A stretch of 64,000 bases of DNA from an uncultured bacterium (GTDB taxonomy: Bacteria; Verrucomicrobiota; Kiritimatiellia; RFP12; UBA1067), in assembly GCA_902772905.1 (NCBI GenBank), contig CACYCL010000142.1:15105-79104 (forward strand), in the 5' to 3' direction. Below the pieces are notes generated by a model that saw nothing but the letters and a program-made list of their open reading frames with translations, searched no databases and had not been told where the DNA came from. The translations under genes and the position numbers were made by a program. Positions 28,401 through 35,637 of this stretch are shown here, piece after piece; within the stretch, counting starts at the first letter, position 1; each line of letters begins with the position of its first letter.

Positions 28401-28633
28401 CCAATCTGGCTCGGCACCGTGCACGTACCAATATTCGCCGCATTGACTGTGTATGTATTATTGCTCGCGCCTTCACCGTGCGAGAAATAATTACCGAGCG
28501 CAGTATTGAGGCCGTTGGTGGTTATTACACCCTCCGACAGGTTCTCAAACTGGAGCTTGGTATCGGATTGGAGCGCCGCGAACGCGCCAAGCGCGGCCAC
28601 GGCTCCGACTACTGTTACTAGCAGTTTTTTCAT
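25454..28633 (-). CDS. Secreted surface protein (about 1059 aa) with GLUG-like Gly-rich repeats
   Basis: I moved the start to the ATG at 28633 (MKKLLVTVVGAVAALGAFAA, signal peptide) with an AAGGA RBS. GLUG-like segments include KIGGIVGLAQDAAAAFTNCWNYGDITI and GNGAGGLVGYGSKAITIYGGGNAGTI. Confidence 0.7.
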   Translation of the reverse strand: MKKLLVTVVGAVAALGAFAALQSDTKLQFENLSEGVITTNGLNTALGNYFSHGEGASNNTYTVNAANIGTCTVPSQIGEDPTTKALDIKTTFGNPLDVSVVAGGTAQDIDTGIYFDSLVKFTVCEDAPTQTYDNAKIVMWLQSEDGTGPTNLMVKAGSLTYAAGLDVQVTAATYECALPAGFDADAFHRVTIKSIKNITTSTTVVPGFAIYIDQATVGTSTKKWDTAFSSQYPISKVAAYLDKMAGDCFPSLIQSGDKTTLTKAGFDGTGSITDIVFTSTAPDFAADKELEEPVATVKIGDGEAEEVTSFADAVGKINNATSAAKLTLAKGLTLEEPMTFSANAEVTLDFAGFVLTNTSEFAAITNSALKLIVTNSVGTGGINCTSTGAAIYQTTATFPVDEETVNSELAITGGNFWGDEALPIDIDASYKGTLKIISGGAFAIPLPDCLVDGKVFAETPVDGLCAVIDKPVVTYTITFKYGMPYVEYPQTVAEGDLPQVPTAVDYNVEGWEFTGWDVTPVAAVANATYTAQYAPNSWAAFLGAPVNGAYEIDDLAELVKFKDGVAKLGTSGQNFRLAADIDADSLGYWDGIGTASGTNGSSGLNNCTFDGAGHTISNVKFTAAKYRGFFNQVLDSTISNLTINVTDIQQTAAAEHGYSAFAGNMKNSKIQNCVATGTIGTTAKPAMHTCGGFAVKSAGGNVFENCTNYVNIVCSLNDNPKIGGIVGLAQDAAAAFTNCWNYGDITITCKKCNNAGNGAGGLVGYGSKAITIYGGGNAGTIQSTDTTADGGTHPIKVGTIIAMQNDTSATVSGGVVAQADAAPAGAFANISGLNFATVDGNVATFVADNALAAGNTYKVMADGVTATFKFTAAGTIAFNTALATPTFAITADEGLEVTSATVGTVTTYTAAAPVVPVIDPSASKVEVTVAAESDTAAIEAVTVTPPAASGADAAEYKALFNFTATAGATAGEYTVTLTGIKEEVTTTVSTDAVKLLDGTGDGKVAVPAGLYYKVTPSTALPISGNAQTGVSDGTGVEVTKPGTTQGFIEVKLSPTPFAN

Positions 28634-28696
28634 TGTTTTTTTCCTTTGTTTGTTTACCACAAATTCGTCACCCATTCGGGTGTACACTTCTGCTTA

Positions 28697-28762
28697 CATT
28701 GCGAATTATACCATACACCCGTTCGGGTGACAAGGGGGGATTTGAAAAAAATTGAAAATGGA
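28697..28762. repeat. Pair of inverted 17-bp hairpin-containing elements in the 5' leader of the GLUG gene
   Basis: The two halves are gtcacccattcgggtgt and acacccgttcgggtgac. Each contains a CACCC-NNNN-GGGTG hairpin. They sit 65-130 nt upstream of the ATG at 28633. Confidence 0.4.
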
Positions 28763-28773
28763 GAATGGAGTGT

Positions 28774-28810
28774 AAAACGGCGCCGCCGCCGCAGGCGACT
28801 CCACAATTTT
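28774..28810 (-). terminator. Copy A of a conserved hairpin element (aacggcg..CGCCGCAGGCGACTCCACAATT), terminator-like, 3' of gene 28829..29425
   Basis: A CGCC-GCA-GGCG palindrome is followed on the minus strand by GUUUUAC. It lies 20 nt after the stop at 28829. The sequence is conserved with copies B and C. Confidence 0.45.
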
Positions 28811-28828
28811 CAATTCGCCCTTCTTACT

Positions 28829-29425
28829 CTACCCAACTTTTCCCATCACCCAAAGCATCGCCTTGAGTAATGTGAGCGCGGCAACTAAAATACCTGCAAC
28901 CTTAGCCGAAAAAGTGAGCCAGACATTTATCTTCTCCCTGCGAACTGCAACTGATATCTCTTCGGCGTGAAACAGCAATTTGCCAAGAATGTTGTCCAGT
29001 TCTTCTATCGCCGGGGCAAGAGCATCAAAGGCCACCTCTCGGTCATCTCCGTGTTTTATCTGCGCATCTCGGTGAAGATTTTGCGCGTCACGTATCCTCT
29101 CGAGCCAAGCGGGGTACTCCGGTACAACTTTCCTCACGACCTCTGCGTACCCGAGAAGTTTTTCATGGATATCGCAAAGTGTGCTCAGTTGACAGTCAAG
29201 AACTATGTCACACGAATCAAAATAGGCACGCTTCAAATGTCCAATGGCCTTATGCGCATCCTCTCCACAAAAATCGTTTTTTGCACAAGCCGTAAGAACA
29301 TGGCGAATAGCGTATCGCCACTCATTCAGGACAGGTGACACGAACGTCGTGCTGACCTGTTCAATCAGCTTTATGTTTGCTTCTGTCTTATCAACAAGGG
29401 ACAATGCGGCTTCAGCGGAAGTCAT
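28829..29425 (-). CDS. Hypothetical protein (198 aa) with a C-terminal transmembrane anchor
   Basis: Clean ORF in the lower-GC island. The C-terminus LTFSAKVAGILVAALTLLKAMLWVMGKVG is hydrophobic. I recognised no family. Confidence 0.55.
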   Translation of the reverse strand: MTSAEAALSLVDKTEANIKLIEQVSTTFVSPVLNEWRYAIRHVLTACAKNDFCGEDAHKAIGHLKRAYFDSCDIVLDCQLSTLCDIHEKLLGYAEVVRKVVPEYPAWLERIRDAQNLHRDAQIKHGDDREVAFDALAPAIEELDNILGKLLFHAEEISVAVRREKINVWLTFSAKVAGILVAALTLLKAMLWVMGKVG

Positions 29426-29597
29426 ACGCCAAAACCCTTTGCTTCTGCTTCGCGTACTCTCGCTCGGTCATGATACGCCCAAGCTGAAGCTTAACGTTGC
29501 CACGCGAATAGCGAGCAACGATGCGCTTTTCCTGCGTATCCGAAGCAGTGTCAGGGAGCCTGAAAACCGCACGAAGCCTCAAAATGCTTTGTTCCAT
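29412..29597 (-). CDS. Possible small protein (61 aa) overlapping the start of the membrane-protein gene
   Basis: ATG at 29597 giving MEQSILRLRAVFRLPDTASDTQEKRIVARYSRGNVKLQ.... It overlaps the downstream gene by 14 nt. The call is weak. Confidence 0.25.
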   Translation of the reverse strand: MEQSILRLRAVFRLPDTASDTQEKRIVARYSRGNVKLQLGRIMTEREYAKQKQRVLAYDFR

Positions 29598-29643
29598 GCT
29601 GAATATTATATCATATTGACATTGCGGCTGCAACAAGGGTGGT

Positions 29644-29686
29644 TTTGAAGGGAACGGCGGTGGCGCCGCAGGCGACTCCACAATTA
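29644..29686 (-). terminator. Copy B of the conserved hairpin element, 3' of the truncated ATPase gene
   Basis: The sequence is aacggcggtggcgccgcaggcgactccacaatt, with a double hairpin on the minus strand followed by UUCCCUUCAAAA. It lies 37 nt after the stop at 29723. Confidence 0.45.
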
Positions 29687-29722
29687 TACATTCTTCATTT
29701 TACATTCCCCTCGTCAGGGGGG

Positions 29723-30880
29723 TTAAACGCCAAGCAATTTGCGGAACGGAATGATTGCCGAAAAATACCCGTCAGCCGCAACAACCGGGGACAGAGTTCC
29801 AAAATATACAAGAGACACAAATGCAGACATTCCACAAGGGCGCTTGACCGACGCGACCTTGCCGCTCATCTCGTCAATGATGCTTCTTCCGATTTCTTTC
29901 TTGCGCTTGACTTCAACAAAGCAAAGAGCCTTTCTCGTCTGGATAAGCAAATCGACCTGACATCCCTTTCGTCCACGGGGAGAATTCGACCCTCTGCGCA
30001 AATACGGAGCAGCCGAGGTAATCACAGAGCCTTTCAAATGCAAATGCGGAACAAGCTCATGGTAGTTGTTGACGACCAGGTTTTCAAAGGCAAGTCCCAT
30101 TACGGCATCCATGTTCTCCAGCGCATCAAGGCCGGCGAATTCATATTCGTCGCGATCGATCACGGCCTTGACTGGCTCGATGAACTTCAGATAGAAACGG
30201 CAGTAGTTGTCGCTCATACGATATCTGTTTTCTCGCAGCTCCTCGCCGGTTTCCGGGTTCTTTCCCCTGTCTGACATGACAAGACCAGCTTCTGCCAGAC
30301 GCTCCATGGCATCGCTAACCCTCCCACCCTTCCCGATCTTAAGTTGCCTTGCCACCTCAACCGCTGTGCGAGGACCATCCACAAGACAGCGCAGAACCTT
30401 GGCCGTGAAATCCTGTTGCCTTGTTATGACATCATTAAACATTTCGTCGAAGTCATTCCTCAATACGCCGTCATGGGAAAATGCCATGCGGCGTATGTTT
30501 TCGCCGGCGGAAAGTCTTGGGTTCACTTCTTCCAGATAACGAGGAACACCTCCCGTGACCGACAAAACGTCCACAATTTCCTTAAGGTCGATGCGGTCGA
30601 CTTCGCGTCCCCAGAATTTCACGCACTCCTTAAGCGGCAGTTCGCGGACAACCAGGTCGCATGATCGTCTGCCGACAAATGCTGCACTATCGACAATATT
30701 CTCCTTGATCCAGCTCGAAACGCTTCCGCACAATACAAGTATCAGCCTATCGTGTTTCTTCCACATGTTGTCCCATGCAATCTTGATGGAATCCGCGAAA
30801 AGCTCGTCATAGCGGCCCATCCAAGATATCTCATCCAGCAGAACAACTGTCCACACATCGTCTTTTATTTCATGATCCAA
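29723..30880 (-). pseudogene. 5'-truncated paralog of the DUF234-type AAA ATPase; it lacks the first roughly 100 aa including the Walker A motif
   Basis: The translation begins at the Walker B region (VVLLDEISWM), aligning to residue about 110 of the full-length paralog at 31350..32795. The only available start is TTG and there is no SD. An in-frame stop lies two codons upstream. The break coincides with the 31-bp hairpin repeats. Confidence 0.5.
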
Positions 30881-30958
30881 TCGCTTAAAAGCCGAAAGCC
30901 AGCAGTCCGGAAGCGAAGACTCTGCTTCTGTCGCGTGGAGACATTATACACTATTTGT

Positions 30959-31042
30959 CCCCTATTTTGCAATAGGCAGATTAGGGGATAAAAAAGATGC
31001 CAGGAAAATTTAGCCCCTATTTTGCAATATGCAGATTAGGGG
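30959..31042. repeat. Two copies of a 29-31-bp hairpin element (cccctattttgcaatakgcagattagggg) spaced 55 bp apart
   Basis: Each has a CCCCTA...TAGGGG stem. On the minus strand each carries TTGCAA, and the proximal copy lies 18 nt upstream of TATAAT (gtgTATAATgtc), a promoter-like arrangement. They sit directly upstream of the truncated ATPase fragment. Confidence 0.6.
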
Positions 31043-31080
31043 ATATTATTTGATAGGCTTGAGCACAGGGTTTTCAGACC

Positions 31081-31125
31081 ACGGAAGAGCACTGAAACCG
31101 CCGCTTGGCGGGCACGGAAATGGTT
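31081..31125. repeat. Copy 1 of a 45-bp direct repeat (acggaagaRcactgaaRccgccgcttggcgggcacggaaatggtt)
   Basis: Near-identical to copy 2 at 32921..32965. It contains a CCGCC-gctt-GGCGG hairpin. ORF-track entries 31029..31316 and 32842..33192 share GRALKPPLGGHGNG only because both read through this repeat. Confidence 0.6.
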
Positions 31126-31326
31126 GCGAATGGGAGGCCGCAGGCGCAAAGAAACCCTGTGGCCGCCATATTCCACACAAAACAAAAGTGACGGGAAACA
31201 CTTCTCGTCACTTAAGGCGAGGACAATCCCCCCGCATCCCGATGACTCCAGCCTTACAGCCTTCATCAGTGCGTATTCTACCAAATCTGATGCCAGTAAG
31301 CAAGAGGGGGGGCTGAAAATGCAAAA

Positions 31327-31352
31327 CAGCGGTGTCGCCGCAGGCGACTCTA
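31327..31352 (-). terminator. Copy C of the conserved hairpin element, abutting the stop codon of the full-length ATPase gene
   Basis: A perfect GTCGCC-GCA-GGCGAC hairpin at 31334..31348, followed on the minus strand by ACCGCUGUUUUGCAUUUUC. Confidence 0.45.
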
Positions 31353-32795
31353 CCCAAACAGCTCATCAAGCGAAACTACAGACTGCACACGGCTCGAATA
31401 TTGATTCTGCAAAAGGCCGCTGGTTGTCACAAGTGTAAGATGAAGCGCTTTCTTAATGCCAGTCACGCCGGCGAATGTTGCGGTTTTCCTGTCGAGATCC
31501 TCGTCATACGCCTTGTCTATGGCGAATGCGTTTGCCGAATACTTCATCTCGCAGATGTTGACGACGTTGTCTGCCCTGTCAAGAACAAGATCTATCTGAA
31601 CCCCCTTCGGGTATGTCTCATTGCCCCTGAAAACCCATCCATATGCCTCGACATGCACACTGCCAACGCCCAGCGCCCTGCGAATCTGCGGCAGATGCTG
31701 CAGACACAGCCGCTCGAACGCAAGGCCGCGCCAGACCGCCTGCGCCGGCGATGCTATCGTCACCGACCAGAAATGCTCGTCGGTCGGCGGCGTATCGAGA
31801 AATCTGAAATGAAACAGGGTGAAGTTGTCAATGAGCTGGTAGACAGTGTTCTTCTTCTTGGCTCCGTACGACCGATAGCTTCTTATGAAACCGCTGGCCT
31901 CCAATGTCTCAAGCGTCTCGGAAAGCCTGCCTGTCGCTTCTATGCCCAGCACATCCAGCAACTCGATCCGGCTCATGCCGGCTTTCTTTCTGCCAAGCGC
32001 CTCCACGACGTTCTTGTATGACGATGCATTGCCGAAAAGAGAGGCGTAAAGATCGTTGAACTCTCCTCGCAGGGGCGCGTCGATGGCAAAGCAGATGCGG
32101 TCGAGATTCTGCGCCAGGCTCATTCCACGCGCAAGATAACGCCAGTAGTAAGGAATGCCGCCAAGCGCCATATAACATTCGGCGATGTCCTTTCTGCTCA
32201 TGCTGAGGCCACGTTCTACAGCCAATTCCTCGCACTCTCCGAGAGTAAACGGCTTAAGGTAGATTCGCGCCGTGACGCGATTGTGCAGACCTCCACGATT
32301 GCGGAAAAGGTTCTTGACCATCCAGGCGGCCGCCGAGCCGCAGACAATCAGCATTACATCCTTTCTTGCCGAAGCCCATTCGTTCCAGAAAGCCTGAAGC
32401 GCCGTCAGAAAATCTGACTTGGCAGTGTCCATCCAAGGAAGTTCATCTATGAAAACAACCTTCCGGCGCAGGGAGCTTCTTGAAATGATCTCCCTTAGCG
32501 AAGCAAAGGCGTCGAACCAGTTCTTAGGCACGGCCTTGGCAAGCCCGAATGTCGCCAACGATGACCTGAAATGTGAAAGCTGCTGCCTTTTGGTGGCGTT
32601 TGGCAAACCAGTATGATGAAAAGCGAAACGATCCGCAAATGTTTCGCGCACTAGAAATGTCTTTCCCACGCGTCGACGACCGTAGACGGCAACAAACTCC
32701 GACTCGTTTGAATTGAACAGACGAGTCAATTCAGTTATTTCATTTTTTCGCCCAACCATATCAGGTATTCCTTTTTTGTGGCCGAATGATATCAA
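31350..32795 (-). CDS. AAA+ ATPase of the archaeal-ATPase/DUF234 family (481 aa)
   Basis: Walker A is VAVYGRRRVGKTFLV and Walker B is VVFIDELPWMD; the C-terminus is DUF234-like. A promoter-like TTGACT-17-TATCAT lies upstream on the minus strand. Confidence 0.7.
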   Translation of the reverse strand: MISFGHKKGIPDMVGRKNEITELTRLFNSNESEFVAVYGRRRVGKTFLVRETFADRFAFHHTGLPNATKRQQLSHFRSSLATFGLAKAVPKNWFDAFASLREIISRSSLRRKVVFIDELPWMDTAKSDFLTALQAFWNEWASARKDVMLIVCGSAAAWMVKNLFRNRGGLHNRVTARIYLKPFTLGECEELAVERGLSMSRKDIAECYMALGGIPYYWRYLARGMSLAQNLDRICFAIDAPLRGEFNDLYASLFGNASSYKNVVEALGRKKAGMSRIELLDVLGIEATGRLSETLETLEASGFIRSYRSYGAKKKNTVYQLIDNFTLFHFRFLDTPPTDEHFWSVTIASPAQAVWRGLAFERLCLQHLPQIRRALGVGSVHVEAYGWVFRGNETYPKGVQIDLVLDRADNVVNICEMKYSANAFAIDKAYDEDLDRKTATFAGVTGIKKALHLTLVTTSGLLQNQYSSRVQSVVSLDELFG

Positions 32796-32920
32796 ATTTT
32801 CGTTATTAAGTCAATCGTTCCAATGATGTTTCATCATTTCTGTGCTTTATCACTATTGCAGAACGATATTAAGAACAAAAATCAAAGCTTATCCACCATT
32901 CTTCCTTGTACCAAATCACT

Positions 32921-32965
32921 ACGGAAGAACACTGAAGCCGCCGCTTGGCGGGCACGGAAATGGTT
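32921..32965. repeat. Copy 2 of the 45-bp direct repeat, about 126 nt upstream of the full-length ATPase gene
   Basis: See copy 1. It is followed by atataatga. Confidence 0.6.
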
Positions 32966-33249
32966 ATATAATGACCGCGCGCGCGTATATATTGGCGTCG
33001 ACTTTGCCCTTTGGGCCAAAAAACTCGTCAGAAAGGCCGAAAAATATTCAATGGATTGAAACGCGAAAGTGCAGCCTTGCACTCGCAAAAGTGCATGGTT
33101 GCACTCGGCAACTTGCATCGGATGCACTCGCAAAAGTGCAAGGTAGCACTTCGCGCAGTCAATGGTTGCACTTTCGCGCATCCATCCATTGACTCGAAAA
33201 GCCCCATATTGAGGCCCTCTATCACCCCTTCACATAGGCGAGAGCGGCA

Positions 33250-33579
33250 TGAACGCACTGGGTTCAGTCTGCACCCACTATGTATTGGATAGAAATCTTA
33301 GACGCCTTAAAGCCTAATATCTACTTCGCAATTTAATGTACGATCACATGATATCCTTATTATACCCATACCTAAGTTACTAAGCTGTTCATAACTGTTA
33401 AATAACTGTAGACAATTATCGATACTTTCTTACCAATTAAATATTTGTTCTAATTCTAATTTCATATTAATGTGAAAATAATGATTTTTATACACGTTTA
33501 AGAGTTTTTTATAGATCGTATAATTAATAACTTTTTTCTGTTCACAATATAGTTGATAATTTGATATAATACGTAGCAA
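33250..33579. other. Very AT-rich intergenic region at the gene-orientation switch; candidate oriC / DNA-unwinding element, also holding the mnmG promoter
   Basis: Everything to the left is on the minus strand and mnmG-dnaA-dnaN and onward are on the plus strand. The region is about 330 bp of AT-rich sequence with DnaA-box-like 9-mers (GTTGATAAT at 33552, TTATACACG at 33489). The TTCACA-18-TATAAT promoter at 33541-33570 precedes mnmG. Confidence 0.4.
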
Positions 33580-35505
33580 ATGAGCAACACAGTTTTTTAC
33601 GATTTGATTGTGGTCGGCGGTGGCCATGCTGGAAGTGAAGCGGCTTTGGCGGCTGCACGAATGGGTGTATCTACCCTTCTCATCACCTCGCGCATTGATG
33701 CCATTGCCAGAATGCCCTGCAACCCTTCAATTGGTGGTCTTGCAAAGAGTCATCTGGTATACGAACTTGATGCACTCGGCGGCGAGATGGGAAAGAACGC
33801 CGATGCGACTGCCCTTCAATCAAAGACACTCAACAAAAGCCGCGGACCAGCCGTATGGGCAACTCGCTGTCAATGCGCCAAGGAAGAATACACACGTCGG
33901 ATGCAGTCTGTTGTCCTAAGCCAAGATAACATAACTGCAATCGAAGATGCAGCCATTGATCTCATAGTTGTTGACTCAAACAACAAGTCATCATCAGATA
34001 GCGGACAAACAAACGCACAATGCACAAATGAGAAAACCAGTCAAGCGCACTTTTCTGCAAATGTCAAATCAGCACAGCAGCTGACAAGCAGCATTGAACA
34101 CAACTATAAAGTCATAGGAATAAAGACATCAAACCACGGTGACATTAATTGCAAGGCAGTTGTAATAACTTCCGGTACAGCTCTCAATGGTTGCATATGG
34201 ATAGGAAAAACATCAGAGGAAAGTGCCGGAGATGGACGACCAGCCGTAAATCAACTCTCAACTTGTCTTGCAAGGCTTGGTTTTGATTTAATCCGACTCA
34301 AAACGGGTACACCACCACGACTAAAAGCAGATACGTGTGACTTTTCAAAATGCGTACGTCAGGATGGAGAACTTCCGCCGCCATTGTTCCACGTGGAACA
34401 ATTCAAATACACCTCAGAATTGTTCCACGTGGAACAATTGCCTTATTTTCCATGCTGGCTGACTCACACAACACTAAAAACACATGAAATCATACGTGAA
34501 AACTTGCAAAACTCGGCACTGTATGGCGGTGCAATAGAGGGCGTAGGTGTTCGATACTGTCCATCAATAGAAGACAAGATTGTAAGATTCAAGGATGCAA
34601 CGCAACACCATGTAATGCTTGAACCAGAAGATTCTGCCGGCAAAGTAATCTATCCAAACGGGTTGAGCTGTTCACTGCCTAAAGATATTCAAGAAGAAAT
34701 GGTGCATTCAGTTCCAGGACTGGAATCGGCTGAATTTCTTGCATATGCATACGCAATCGAGTATGATGGAATAGACTCGCGTGAACTAAAGCACAGTCTT
34801 GAGTCAAAGAGATACAGTGGGCTTTTCTTTGCAGGACAGATTAATGGAACTACTGGATACGAAGAAGCCGCAGCTCAAGGAATAATGGCTGGAATAAATG
34901 CGGCATTTTACGTCCGTAAAGAAGAACCTCTTGTGCTAAGCAGACAAGATGCATACATCGGGGTTATGATAGATGATCTTGTGACAAAGGGCACTGATGA
35001 GCCATATCGCATGTTCACCAGCAGGGCAGAACGAAGACTCATCCTAAGACAAGACAATGCACGTTATCGATTGCTGTCTGCCGCCCGTCGAGTGGGCATA
35101 ATTTCAAAGGAAACACTTTATCAGCGAGAAAAAGAAATAGAGATTCTTAACTATTTTGCAAGTCACGATAAAAATGCAAGTTCAAATGCCAACAACAATT
35201 CAATAGCCGCAAATCAAATATATGATGGTCTTACAGACCAGATTAAAAAAGAGATAACAATTATGCGTCATTATGCACCATATATCGATCAGGAGTTAAA
35301 AGCTGCAGAACGCGCAAAAAAAGACGAAGACATAAAGATACCGGCATGGCTGAACTATGACAAGTGCCTTGCAGTGAGATTTGAAAGTCGTGAGAAATTG
35401 AAGCGGCACCGTCCTGAAACCTTGGCGCAAGCTTCAAGAATACCAGGTGTCAATCCAGCGGACATAGCAGTTCTGGCAGTCATAATAAAGAAGGGACACA
35501 TCTAG
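33580..35505 (+). CDS. mnmG: tRNA uridine 5-carboxymethylaminomethyl modification enzyme MnmG (GidA), with a low-complexity insertion
   Basis: [22 protein letters not shown] motif, [24 protein letters not shown] and [11 protein letters not shown]. About 45 aa of S/N/Q-rich insertion and a duplicated LFHVEQ segment are present relative to canonical MnmG. Confidence 0.9.
   Translation: MSNTVFYDLIVVGGGHAGSEAALAAARMGVSTLLITSRIDAIARMPCNPSIGGLAKSHLVYELDALGGEMGKNADATALQSKTLNKSRGPAVWATRCQCAKEEYTRRMQSVVLSQDNITAIEDAAIDLIVVDSNNKSSSDSGQTNAQCTNEKTSQAHFSANVKSAQQLTSSIEHNYKVIGIKTSNHGDINCKAVVITSGTALNGCIWIGKTSEESAGDGRPAVNQLSTCLARLGFDLIRLKTGTPPRLKADTCDFSKCVRQDGELPPPLFHVEQFKYTSELFHVEQLPYFPCWLTHTTLKTHEIIRENLQNSALYGGAIEGVGVRYCPSIEDKIVRFKDATQHHVMLEPEDSAGKVIYPNGLSCSLPKDIQEEMVHSVPGLESAEFLAYAYAIEYDGIDSRELKHSLESKRYSGLFFAGQINGTTGYEEAAAQGIMAGINAAFYVRKEEPLVLSRQDAYIGVMIDDLVTKGTDEPYRMFTSRAERRLILRQDNARYRLLSAARRVGIISKETLYQREKEIEILNYFASHDKNASSNANNNSIAANQIYDGLTDQIKKEITIMRHYAPYIDQELKAAERAKKDEDIKIPAWLNYDKCLAVRFESREKLKRHRPETLAQASRIPGVNPADIAVLAVIIKKGHI
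34383..34439. repeat. Two copies of a perfect 20-22-bp palindrome (AATTGTTCCACGTGGAACAATT) 35 bp apart, in-frame inside mnmG
   Basis: attgttccacgtggaacaat lies at 34383-34402 and aattgttccacgtggaacaatt at 34418-34439. They encode the duplicated LFHVEQ peptides. Confidence 0.8.
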
Positions 35506-35514
35506 TTGTCTAAT

Positions 35515-35539
35515 GTTATCAACATTTTCTGTTGATAAC
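35515..35539. promoter_or_regulatory. Perfect inverted repeat GTTATCAACA-ttttc-TGTTGATAAC (two DnaA-box-like 9-mers) about 100 nt upstream of dnaA; likely a DnaA autoregulatory site
   Basis: TTATCAACA differs from the E. coli DnaA box TTATCCACA at one position. The same TGTTGATA core recurs in the 40344-40445 cluster. An extended -10-like TGGTATATT follows at about 35586. Confidence 0.5.
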
Positions 35540-35637
35540 CTGAATACATAAGTTAATTAGTTTTTTAACATAAGCCGCACATTTTATGGTATATTATTGG
35601 GCGAAACGTCACACTAGACAACAAGATACTTTAAACA

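Noticed and set aside
31029-33192. ORFs 31029..31316 (+) and 32842..33192 (+) sharing the peptide GRALKPPLGGHGNG
   Set aside because: The shared peptide arises only because both frames read through the 45-bp direct repeat. There is no start context or coding signal. They were treated as non-coding repeat copies.
33250-33579. tRNA, ncRNA or small ORF 33430..33627 (-) in the AT-rich gap
   Set aside because: No cloverleaf-compatible sequence or conserved ncRNA motif was recognised by eye. The 65-aa ORF is an AT-rich artefact overlapping the mnmG start. The region is better explained as origin and promoter DNA.
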